A DNA stretch of 64,000 nt from Candidatus Latescibacterota bacterium (GTDB lineage: Bacteria; Latescibacterota; UBA2968), in the NCBI GenBank assembly GCA_965204375.1, contig OZ241986.1:4832001-4896000 (forward strand), given 5' to 3'. Both the position numbers and the translations under genes were made by a program. This document shows, in pieces, positions 1-8,421 of the stretch. Under the pieces are notes generated by a model. That model was not told where the DNA came from and searched no databases. It worked only from the letters and a program-made list of their open reading frames with translations. Positions within the stretch are counted from its first letter, which is position 1, and every line of letters begins with the position of its first letter.

Positions 1-1973
1 AAAAATACGTATCGGTCACAGGCCCGCGCACGCCCACCGAAGACGTGATACCGATGAATTACGACATCGCCAACTCCAAAGAAGCCTCGTGGGGCATTCA
101 GACTCTGGTGCCCAATCGCGGAGTGGGACCGGGCACAGCCACCTCCAACTGGTGGCAGGGCGCTTCGCCCCAATCCGTTGATCCGGCCAATTTGCGACCC
201 TACGAAATTCACAACTTCGATTACGGCATTTATCCGCCCGTGCAAAACGCAGGCGAAGAAATCCATATCACGCAGTGGCAGACGCAGCACAACATCGTCG
301 TAACGCGCAAAGCCCATGCGTGGAGCCATCAGGATTTCGACGACTTTTTTATCCTGGAACTCGAGTTTGAAAATCGGGGTGGACAGCAACTCGACGACAC
401 CTACTTTGGCGTCATGAACTCCATGTATGTCAATAGCGCGGGAACATCCTTCCGCTATGGACACGAAGGCGGCCTGGTCACCTATCGCCGCAGTCAGGCA
501 CTGGACGACCACTATCGCTATAGCGAGGCATCCAACTTCGAAAACAATTCCTTAAGTGGGTTGTCTCCTGCGGATTTCCAGGGCAAATACATCATGTACC
601 AGTGGGATGGCAACTCCCCGTCCAGCTTTGAAGAAGACACGGGCGACCCCTACTTCTCCGACCTGGAGGCGCGAGGCTTTCCGGGCAGCAAGAGCAGGCC
701 CGAAGGCATGCCCATTGCACCGGCCTATCAGTTTATGGCTCCCCTCGCCTTTCGCAATGCCGGGAGTCACACATTCAACGCAGCAGACGCAGCAGAGGGC
801 TTTGTCGATCCACAGGGCGAACCCCTGTCGCACTGGTACGAGGTATTTGGTCGCCGCAACATCGACGACCCCACCCGGGGCGCGTTGAGCATGGCCGCCC
901 AGTACGACTTCTTCACCTCGCCCACAATGGACAATCCGACCTCTGAACAGATGCAGTGGGAAGACCTGATCTTTGGTCCCTACAGCCTATCACCCGGGCA
1001 AAAAGCCAAAATCGTGCTCGCCTACGGCTTTGGATCGTCCGCCGAATTTGACATCAACAGCCAAACGGGCTATGCCAACGACATCACAAAATGGTCGTGG
1101 AACGTGGGCGATATTGGCCCAGACGCACGCAAATCGCTCTTAGCCAAAGGCGAAGAGGCTATGCTGCGCCATCTGGAACACGCGCAATTTACCTACGACA
1201 ATGAGTACCAGATACCCAACGCACCCCCAGATGTGGATTTTTTCCAGGGGAGCAATGCCCAGGCCAAAATTACGCTGACGTGGTCAGATGCCGCGGAAAA
1301 AGCCATCAACCCCGAATACGGTCAGGCCGACGTGGTCGCCTATCGGGTCTATCGCTCGATCTGGCAGGAAACCGGACCGTGGGAACTGGTGGGTGAGGTT
1401 TCAGCTGGCAGCAGCCAGGGCGGCACGTACTCCTGGGTGGATGAAAATTCGCTGGCCGGATTCCAATTCGCCTACAATGTGCGCTCTGTTGCCAGCCCCA
1501 AATCGTCGTGGGCCGAAGGCTCCAAAACCCTATCCGATTTGCCCGAGACCGTGCGCAAGCACCTCACGGAAAATGGCTTGGAGAGCGGATGGTCGGCAGC
1601 CGAACAGCGCATGATCGTTCCGGGTAGCCCAATTTTGGCCGCCAATGACGCCGCCGACAATATGGAGAGGCCGGTAGTCGTGGTACCCAATCCGTTTAGT
1701 CTGGCGCAAGCCCAATCCAATTATCAGGGCACGCTCAAACTGCGCTTTGTCGGGGTGCCACACCAGGCAAAAATCTCCATCTTTACGGTTTCGGGAGATC
1801 TCGTTGCCGAAATCAACCACAACGATCCAACGGCCGGGGAAGCGCAGTGGCTTTTGAAAGATCGCTTTCTCACCGGTGAAGCCACCTCGTCTGCGTACTT
1901 CTTCGTGGTGGAGTCGCTCGTGCCTGCCAGTCGCGGTCGCAAGACCAAGGGCGCGTTCATAATCAACCGTTAA
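1..1973 (+). CDS. T9SS-type C-terminal sorting domain (CTD) surface protein with FN3-like domain; 5' end lies outside the window
   Basis: Frame is open from position 3 (KYVSVTGPRTPTEDV...). C-terminus VVVPNPF...LRFVGVP...ISIFTVSGDLVAEI...GAFIINR is a T9SS-CTD/FlgD-Ig-like signature. FN3-like LTW...VAYRVYRS...W. Followed directly by a PorV gene. Confidence 0.75.
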   Translation, partial: KYVSVTGPRTPTEDVIPMNYDIANSKEASWGIQTLVPNRGVGPGTATSNWWQGASPQSVDPANLRPYEIHNFDYGIYPPVQNAGEEIHITQWQTQHNIVVTRKAHAWSHQDFDDFFILELEFENRGGQQLDDTYFGVMNSMYVNSAGTSFRYGHEGGLVTYRRSQALDDHYRYSEASNFENNSLSGLSPADFQGKYIMYQWDGNSPSSFEEDTGDPYFSDLEARGFPGSKSRPEGMPIAPAYQFMAPLAFRNAGSHTFNAADAAEGFVDPQGEPLSHWYEVFGRRNIDDPTRGALSMAAQYDFFTSPTMDNPTSEQMQWEDLIFGPYSLSPGQKAKIVLAYGFGSSAEFDINSQTGYANDITKWSWNVGDIGPDARKSLLAKGEEAMLRHLEHAQFTYDNEYQIPNAPPDVDFFQGSNAQAKITLTWSDAAEKAINPEYGQADVVAYRVYRSIWQETGPWELVGEVSAGSSQGGTYSWVDENSLAGFQFAYNVRSVASPKSSWAEGSKTLSDLPETVRKHLTENGLESGWSAAEQRMIVPGSPILAANDAADNMERPVVVVPNPFSLAQAQSNYQGTLKLRFVGVPHQAKISIFTVSGDLVAEINHNDPTAGEAQWLLKDRFLTGEATSSAYFFVVESLVPASRGRKTKGAFIINR

Positions 1974-1991
1974 AACACAAGGATTGATACT

Positions 1992-2975
1992 ATGAAAAAT
2001 ACGATGTCCGCAGTGCTAATCGTTTTGATGGCGCTCGCCCTATCGGCTCCGGCCTCGGCGCAGGCACTCTTCCCAGAAGCCGAAGAAGTCCTGAATCCAG
2101 AGGGCCGCAGCAAGATCAAGCCATCCACATTCAATTTTCTGAAAGTGACCAACAATGCCCGAGTTGCGGGCATGGGCGATGCTTTTACCGCGGTATCCGA
2201 CGGGATAGACGGCATGATCTGGAACCCGGCGGGTCTGACCAAAGTGAACAATTTTGCATATACCTTTGGCTATACCCAATGGCTGGTCGAATCGTCATTT
2301 GTCACCGGATCCCTCGCGTACAATACCGGACAGTGGGGCGTGCTGGGCGTATCATTTGTGAACTTTTCCCTGCCCGACATGCCCGAAACAACTACCATGG
2401 AACCAGACGGCACCGGTGCTATGGTGAACTCGGGCGACCTCGCCATCGGCATGGTTTACGCCTATCAATTGACCGACAAGCTCTCGGCTGCGGCCTCCCT
2501 GCGCTTTGTCCAATCCGCGCTGGGACCAGAGACACTCAGCGCAGTCTCCGTGAATGTCAGTACCTTGATGTACACGGGCTTTCAAAGCCTGCGCCTTGGC
2601 ATGAACATGAAAAACCTGGGTGGAGAGCAGGAAATTGTGAGCGAAAAATCGGAAATGCCCCTGGTATTCCACACCGGGATAGCCATGGAATTGTATGGCA
2701 ACCTCGGCGACCCCGTATCCCTGACCGGCTCGTTTGAAGGCGCTTTCTTCACCGACCGGGAGCAACGCTGGAACCTGGGTGGTGAACTCTGGATACAGAA
2801 CCTCATCGCGCTTCGAGCGGGTTATAAGATCAAATACGATGCGGAAACCTGGAGCATTGGCGGTGGTCTCAAGGGGAAATTCGGGGGACGACACATCGCC
2901 TTAGACGTATCGTATAGCAATTTTGGCGATCTGTTCGACCCACCTCTGCGCCTGAACCTCTCGGGTTCGCTGTAG
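1992..2975 (+). CDS. PorV/PorQ family outer-membrane beta-barrel
   Basis: Signal peptide (ALSAPASA); FLKV...ARVAGMGDAFTAVSD...WNPAGL; LRAGY near C-terminus. Confidence 0.85.
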   Translation: MKNTMSAVLIVLMALALSAPASAQALFPEAEEVLNPEGRSKIKPSTFNFLKVTNNARVAGMGDAFTAVSDGIDGMIWNPAGLTKVNNFAYTFGYTQWLVESSFVTGSLAYNTGQWGVLGVSFVNFSLPDMPETTTMEPDGTGAMVNSGDLAIGMVYAYQLTDKLSAAASLRFVQSALGPETLSAVSVNVSTLMYTGFQSLRLGMNMKNLGGEQEIVSEKSEMPLVFHTGIAMELYGNLGDPVSLTGSFEGAFFTDREQRWNLGGELWIQNLIALRAGYKIKYDAETWSIGGGLKGKFGGRHIALDVSYSNFGDLFDPPLRLNLSGSL

Positions 2976-2992
2976 GAGGAGTCTGACGAATA

Positions 2993-3047
2993 ATCCGCAG
3001 AATGAAGGCGAGTAATTTGAGCCTGAACGCAGATGAACACAGATGAA
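2993..3047 (+). repeat. Dispersed 10-bp tandem repeat (GAACRCAGAT), copy 1
   Basis: ATCCGCAG at 2993; GAACGCAGAT-GAACACAGAT at 3025-3044; same motif at 5309 and 7473. Confidence 0.7.
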
Positions 3048-3106
3048 GGGCGAATGAGGTGTACAACTGGTTCAGAGGCCAGTTCATCTACGAATTGGCG
3101 AGCAAT

Positions 3107-3133
3107 GTAGGGGCGGTGCCCCTGTGCCCGCCC
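3107..3133 (+). repeat. GTAG-type REP-like palindrome
   Basis: GTAG followed by GGGCGG-TGCCCCTGTGC-CCGCCC stem-loop. Confidence 0.55.
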
Positions 3134-3179
3134 GTTGGGTGGTGAGGCTGGGTTCGTCTATTCGTCTTGCCGTGTTTTC

Positions 3180-3226
3180 ACACCCCGCCGGAAGTCTAAG
3201 TGCGAACCGACTTCTGTGCGGGGTGT
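3180..3226. terminator. Long hairpin, possible terminator downstream of the PorV gene
   Basis: ACACCCCGC-CGGAAGTC / GACTTCTG-T-GCGGGGTGT inverted repeat, 12-nt loop; weak T-tract after it. Confidence 0.45.
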
Positions 3227-3323
3227 CCCGTTTTAGCTAAAAATGCTTCATTTTGCTACAATATCTTGTATGTCCCATAAGTTTTAATTTTTAATTCCTA
3301 ATTCGCATTAACAGGAGAGACGT

Positions 3324-5303
3324 TTGGCCGAAGAACTGCAATCAGACCCAACAGGTGAACCAGTAAGAGGCATAACACTCCGCTCGGTTGCCCTGGGCAT
3401 TGGAATCGTAATCTTCATCAACCTGTGGGTGACTTATGCCGAGACCGTGGTAAAAACTTCTCGCCTGAACCTGAGCGTATTTCAAATAACGCTCCTCGCC
3501 GTCTTCATCATCCTGGTCGGGGTAGTAAATCCCCTGATCAAATCTGTAAATCGCCGCTACGCCTTTGCACCCGCCGAATTGCTATCCGTTGTCGCCATTG
3601 GCATCGTGGGCTGCGTCGTGCCCACATCCGGCATCACGGGATTTTTGATCGGGGTCATTTCCACTCCCTTTTATTTTGCCACACCCGAAAACGGATGGGC
3701 CGAGTACTATCACCCCAACCTCAACTCGTGGGTGGTACCCACCAATCAGGAAGCTGTACGCGCCTTTTACGAAGGCTTATTGCCCGGTAGCGCTATCCCC
3801 TATCGCGTATGGCTGGCACCACTCGCGTGGTGGGGTAGCCTGGTGGTGGCCGTATTTGCCGTTTCCGCCACACTGATGATCATCTTGCGAAAACAATGGG
3901 TAGAATACGAAAAACTCGCCTACCCCATCGCCGCCGTACCCATTGAAATGTCGCAAGATGCCCTTTCTGCGCGTTTCTTACCCGCATTCATGCGCGGTCC
4001 CATGTTCTGGATTGCGGCGGCTATACCATTTTTGATTTTTGTCTGGCACTCCCTGTCCTGGGCATACCCGCTCCTGCCCAGCATCGGCATCCTTCCGCAC
4101 GGCGGATATTTCCGCTTCACGCGCTATTCACCGGGCATGTACATTCAGCCCATGCAATTTTTGACCATCGGCTTTGCGTACTTTGCCAATACACAGGTAC
4201 TATTTTCCGTCTGGTTTTTCTTTTTACTCCACGTCCTGGAAGGGGGCATTTTTAACCGCCTGGGCTATCAGATCGAGCGGTCAACCGATTCTTTCAGCGC
4301 AGACCCGCCCACCGAAGCCTGGCAGTGTTTTGGCGCACTCGCCTGTCTCGTAGTATGGCGGCTATGGGTCGCCCGGCGGCATCTGCGCGATGTCGTTCTC
4401 AAAGCACTCGACAAAAAGCATCCAATAGATGACCGCGAAGAAATACTGTCCTACCGGTCGGCAGTTTTAATTTTGTCGTGCAGCCTCATCTACGTCTTAT
4501 TCTGGCTCCTGCAAATCGGAATGGACCTGAGCACCGCATTGATTTTTATGTCCGGCGTCGCCGTCATCTACATCGGCATCGCGCGCGTGGTATCAGAAGC
4601 CGGTGTCGTGTATTCGGGTGCCACTGTAACGCCGCAGGCATTTGTCATGGACCTGCGCGGCACCCACGTCATATCCGGAAGCAGCATGACGGCCATCGCA
4701 TTGTCCTATTCCCTTATCGATTATATGCGCGGGCTGTTTACCCCGGCGCTGGCTCAATCGATCAAATTGGGCGACCTGATCCGCGGCAACCGCCGTCTGT
4801 TATTCTATTGTGTGGGCATTGGCGTACTCGCCGGGTTTGTCTCTTCCGTATGGCTCATGCTCTATCTGGGCTATACGCATGGCGCGTACAATTTTCCGCG
4901 CTTCCCCTTCTTCAGCGGCGACCCAAAAGGCATCTACGGATCGACCCTTACAATGATGCGAACGCCCAAAGCACCCGACCCAAACCGCATCATCTTTTTT
5001 GCCATTGGCGCGGGCGCAATGGCATTGTTGACATTTTTGAGATACCGATTTTCCTGGTGGCCCATCAACCCCATCGGCCTGACCATTTCCGCTGCGGATA
5101 ACACGGCTTCGCTGGTCATGCCCGTATTCATCGCCTGGGTATGCAAAGCCTCTTTGCTCCGCATCGGCGGCGTGAACCTCTATCGCAAAGCCACGCCCCT
5201 ATTTCTGGGTCTGCTCGTCGGCTACACAGCCGGCGTCGCGTGGTCATTTCTCGTCGATGCCATCTGGTGGCCGGGCCAGGGACATTCGGTTCACTGGTGG
5301 TAA
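3324..5303 (+). CDS. DUF6785/DUF6784-type polytopic membrane protein (putative transporter), copy 1
   Basis: About 660 aa, many TM helices, motifs YFATPENGW, LRKQWVEYEKLAYP, WWPINPIG, PLFLGLLVG; SD AGGAGA before TTG. Confidence 0.75.
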   Translation: MAEELQSDPTGEPVRGITLRSVALGIGIVIFINLWVTYAETVVKTSRLNLSVFQITLLAVFIILVGVVNPLIKSVNRRYAFAPAELLSVVAIGIVGCVVPTSGITGFLIGVISTPFYFATPENGWAEYYHPNLNSWVVPTNQEAVRAFYEGLLPGSAIPYRVWLAPLAWWGSLVVAVFAVSATLMIILRKQWVEYEKLAYPIAAVPIEMSQDALSARFLPAFMRGPMFWIAAAIPFLIFVWHSLSWAYPLLPSIGILPHGGYFRFTRYSPGMYIQPMQFLTIGFAYFANTQVLFSVWFFFLLHVLEGGIFNRLGYQIERSTDSFSADPPTEAWQCFGALACLVVWRLWVARRHLRDVVLKALDKKHPIDDREEILSYRSAVLILSCSLIYVLFWLLQIGMDLSTALIFMSGVAVIYIGIARVVSEAGVVYSGATVTPQAFVMDLRGTHVISGSSMTAIALSYSLIDYMRGLFTPALAQSIKLGDLIRGNRRLLFYCVGIGVLAGFVSSVWLMLYLGYTHGAYNFPRFPFFSGDPKGIYGSTLTMMRTPKAPDPNRIIFFAIGAGAMALLTFLRYRFSWWPINPIGLTISAADNTASLVMPVFIAWVCKASLLRIGGVNLYRKATPLFLGLLVGYTAGVAWSFLVDAIWWPGQGHSVHWW

Positions 5304-5308
5304 ACGTT

Positions 5309-5375
5309 ATCCGCAGATGTACGCAGATGTACGCAGAGGAGAGATATCCACGAAGGACACTAACGACACGAAGAA
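5309..5375 (+). repeat. 10-bp triplet (ACGCAGATGT) followed by 9-bp triplet (CACGAAGGA-like)
   Basis: CCGCAGATGT ACGCAGATGT ACGCAGAG at 5311-5338; CACGAAGGA CACTAACGA CACGAAGAA at 5349-5375. Confidence 0.75.
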
Positions 5376-5407
5376 AGGCATGAAGGTAAGGACTGGAGCT
5401 GGGTGGA

Positions 5408-5474
5408 CTTCACACTTCACACTTCACACTTCACACTTCACACTTCACACTTCACACTTCACACTTCACACTTC
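5408..5474 (+). repeat. Perfect heptamer microsatellite (CTTCACA)x9 + CTTC
   Basis: Counted directly: nine exact copies 5408-5470 plus a partial copy, ending 4 nt before the ATG at 5479. Confidence 0.95.
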
Positions 5475-5478
5475 TTAA

Positions 5479-7464
5479 ATGGCAATACAAACAGAATTTG
5501 CACATGAAACCGATCCCCTGCAGGAAAAGGGCCTGACAGTCCGCTCGGTTGGGATTGCGCTGGGCGCAGTGGTATTCATCAACCTCTGGGTGACCTATGC
5601 CGAGACCGTGGTACATGCATCCAGACTGAACCTGAGCTTTTTTCAGCTCACATTGATGGCCGTATTTGTCTTGCTGGTCGCAGCCGTCAACCCGATCTTG
5701 AAACTCCTGGGATCGCACCGCGCGTTTTCGCCCTCAGAACTGCTGGCAATTGCGGCCATTGGCATGGTGGGGTGCGTGGTACCCGCTTCGGGCGTAACCG
5801 GATTTCTCATCGGCGTCATTTCCACGCCGATCTATTTTGCCACACCCGAAAATCGATGGGGCGAATTCTATCATCCCAATCTCGACTCGTGGGTCGTGCC
5901 CATAGATCCCGAAGCCCTGCGCATGTTCTACGAAGGCTTGCCACCCGGCGCGTCCATGCCCTGGGAAGTGTGGCTGATGCCCCTGCTGTGGTGGGCGAGC
6001 TTTATTGTCGCAGTATTCGCGCTCTCAGCCAGCATGATGGTCATTTTGCGCAAACAATGGGCAGAACACGAAAAACTGGTCTATCCCCTCGTGGCCGTGC
6101 CCCTGGAAATGGCGCAGGATGCGCGGTCTAAGCGACTGTTGCCGGGATTTATGCGGGGCAAGCTATTCTGGATCATGGCCGCAATACCATTTTTGTTATT
6201 TTTGTGGAATTCCCTATCCTGGTTTTATCCGCTCATGCCCGGAATCGGGATCTTTCCCCACGCCGGAAAGTTTAATTTTACGCGGTATTCTCCCCACGTC
6301 TATCTGGAACCCCTGAACCTGTTCACCATCGGCTTTGCGTACTTCGCCAACACACAGGTCTTGTTTTCCGTCTGGTTTTTCTTCTTATTACACGTCGTAG
6401 AAGGCGGCATTTTCAACCGTCTGGGCTACCAGATAGCCAAATCAACCGACTCGTTCAGCGCCGATCCCCCCACCGAAGCCTATCAGTGCTTTGGCGCGCT
6501 GGCATGCCTGGTCGTATGGCGATTATGGGTCGCGCGCTGGCATTTGCGAGACGTCTTCCTGAAAGCATTTAGAAAGGCGTATCCCGCTGACGACTCCCGG
6601 GAAGTACTGGCCTACCGCACAGTGGTCTTTGTATTTTTGGTGAGCCTGTCTTTTGTGCTCTTCTGGCTCTGCCACATCGGCATGGACATAACAACCGCAC
6701 TCGTCTTTCTATGTGCGCTATCCATCATTTATATCGGCCTGGCGCGGGTCGTATCAGAAGCCGGGATGGTGTATTCGGGCGCCACAGTAACACCGCAGGC
6801 ATTTGTCATGGACATGCGCGGCACAGAAGTCATGTCTGCGGGCAGTTTGACGGGCATTGCCCTATCGTATTCCATTGTCGATTACATGAGAGGACTATTT
6901 ACGCCCGGCGTGGCGCAATCGATCAAAATGGGCGAACTCATCCAGGGCAACCGCCGCGCATTGTTATTCTGGGCTGGCATAAGCGTTTTGCTGGGACTGG
7001 CCGCATCCGTATTTTATACCCTGCACCTGGGCTATTCTCACGGCGCGTACAATTTCCCGCGCTTTCCCTTTTTTAGCGGCGATCCAAAAGGTATCTACGG
7101 ATCGACGTTGGTCATGATGCACACGCCCAAAGCCCCCGACGGCGAGCGCATGGTCTTCTTTGCAATCGGAGCGGGCCTGATGGCATTGTTGACTTTCTTG
7201 CGCTACCGATTCCCGGGCTGGCCCCTGCATCCCATCGGCCTCACCCTATCGGCAGCCGATAATACCGGTCACCTCGTCATGCCCGTCTTTATCGCCTGGG
7301 CGTGCAAATCCGTAATCATGGCCGTCGGCGGTGTGAACCTCTATCGCCGCTCCAAACCCGCGTTTCTCGGTCTTCTCGTGGGCTATACAGCCGGAGTGGT
7401 ACTATCTTTCCTCATCGACGCGCTGTGGTGGCCGGGGGAAGGGCATCTCGTGCATTATTGGTAG
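5479..7464 (+). CDS. DUF6785/DUF6784-type polytopic membrane protein, copy 2 (close tandem paralogue of copy 1)
   Basis: Long stretches identical to 3324-5303 (FINLWVTYAETVV, STDSFSADPPTEA, GAYNFPRFPFFSGDPKGIYGSTL). Confidence 0.75.
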   Translation: MAIQTEFAHETDPLQEKGLTVRSVGIALGAVVFINLWVTYAETVVHASRLNLSFFQLTLMAVFVLLVAAVNPILKLLGSHRAFSPSELLAIAAIGMVGCVVPASGVTGFLIGVISTPIYFATPENRWGEFYHPNLDSWVVPIDPEALRMFYEGLPPGASMPWEVWLMPLLWWASFIVAVFALSASMMVILRKQWAEHEKLVYPLVAVPLEMAQDARSKRLLPGFMRGKLFWIMAAIPFLLFLWNSLSWFYPLMPGIGIFPHAGKFNFTRYSPHVYLEPLNLFTIGFAYFANTQVLFSVWFFFLLHVVEGGIFNRLGYQIAKSTDSFSADPPTEAYQCFGALACLVVWRLWVARWHLRDVFLKAFRKAYPADDSREVLAYRTVVFVFLVSLSFVLFWLCHIGMDITTALVFLCALSIIYIGLARVVSEAGMVYSGATVTPQAFVMDMRGTEVMSAGSLTGIALSYSIVDYMRGLFTPGVAQSIKMGELIQGNRRALLFWAGISVLLGLAASVFYTLHLGYSHGAYNFPRFPFFSGDPKGIYGSTLVMMHTPKAPDGERMVFFAIGAGLMALLTFLRYRFPGWPLHPIGLTLSAADNTGHLVMPVFIAWACKSVIMAVGGVNLYRRSKPAFLGLLVGYTAGVVLSFLIDALWWPGEGHLVHYW

Positions 7465-7472
7465 AAAATGTG

Positions 7473-7505
7473 ATCCGCAGATGGACGCAGATGAACGCAG
7501 ATGAA
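7473..7505 (+). repeat. Dispersed 10-bp tandem repeat, copy 3
   Basis: ATCCGCAGAT GGACGCAGAT GAACGCAGAT GAA. Confidence 0.75.
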
Positions 7506-7571
7506 TAAGGATGGATACGGCACAGGAAGGAATTACATCATAGCGGAGTAAACGATAAATAGAGATAATTT

Positions 7572-8003
7572 TCAGGGCGATTCTGAGTCTTCAGACTCTG
7601 TATCGGGTGCGGGGAGTATAGATTCTGCCCATTGGACAACAGCCTCGGCAAGTCTCACCGCTTCTTGATATTCTTCTTCATCAACTGATTCTGATACATC
7701 ACCGGGATAACGTAAAACAGTCGCATAAACGGACAGCTTTGCAGATTGAGAAAGTTCTGGTATCTTGGAAACATCTTCAGGGAGAAGATCGATCAACCTC
7801 TCGATAATGTGAATTTTGGGAAAAGCAATCCCTCTATTTACAAGCACAGCTTTGATGCTCTTTTCTGCTGCCTGTTGGGCATGGAAACACAGAAGCTCGT
7901 AAAAACTATTTTCCGGTAAGGAAACTTGCGCCAGTGCCAGGTCGCCTCTGGCATACCGGAGCCAATCAGCCGGTGAACCAGATGTTGGGACATCAGGCGG
8001 CAT
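7572..8003 (-). CDS. HEPN domain protein (partner of MNT)
   Basis: WLRYARGDL...CFHAQQAAEKSIKA...KIH...LRYPG; overlaps the MNT gene. Confidence 0.85.
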   Translation of the reverse strand: MPPDVPTSGSPADWLRYARGDLALAQVSLPENSFYELLCFHAQQAAEKSIKAVLVNRGIAFPKIHIIERLIDLLPEDVSKIPELSQSAKLSVYATVLRYPGDVSESVDEEEYQEAVRLAEAVVQWAESILPAPDTESEDSESP

Positions 8004-8310
8004 AGATTTCTTTCCCTTCTTCTAAAATGCGATAATAGATTAATCCGATATTACTTTTGTGTCTCTCAAGGTCTTCAGGTGTTGCAACCAGAATATCAAT
8101 GGGCAGAGGAATACCCCTCATTTCAATATGAAGATGCTGCGCTGTTCTTCGCCTGTGAACGCCATTGGGCATGACAACGAGTACATCCACATCGCTGTCC
8201 GGTCCCATCTCGCCTCGCGCAGCCGAGCCAAAGAGGATAATTTTGAGCGGGTTGACAACTTCGACAATTCGCTCTACGAGTTGATCAATGACATTCGCAT
8301 CGGGTTGCAT
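7993..8310 (-). CDS. Minimal nucleotidyltransferase (MNT)
   Basis: ILFGSAARGEMGPDSDVDVLVV (GS-x10-DxD), 105 aa. Confidence 0.9.
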   Translation of the reverse strand: MQPDANVIDQLVERIVEVVNPLKIILFGSAARGEMGPDSDVDVLVVMPNGVHRRRTAQHLHIEMRGIPLPIDILVATPEDLERHKSNIGLIYYRILEEGKEIYAA

Positions 8311-8421
8311 GTCTCACGCTCCAGAAAGCAGAACTCATCTCTGCTGAAACATAGCTTGATAGACATTAAAAGTCAATGCGAAGGATGATTTCTCAGGATA
8401 CTATACAAGGAGAATTTTCTA

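Noticed and set aside
5304-5478. Possible CRISPR array
   Set aside because: Units are 7-10 bp with no unique spacers and no cas genes
5257-5478. 73-aa ORF with HTSHFTL repeats
   Set aside because: Simply the translation of the heptamer tract; overlaps the upstream gene
7572-8310. MNT-HEPN pair (and higBA at 37337-38013) as novel systems
   Set aside because: Standard, well-described toxin-antitoxin families
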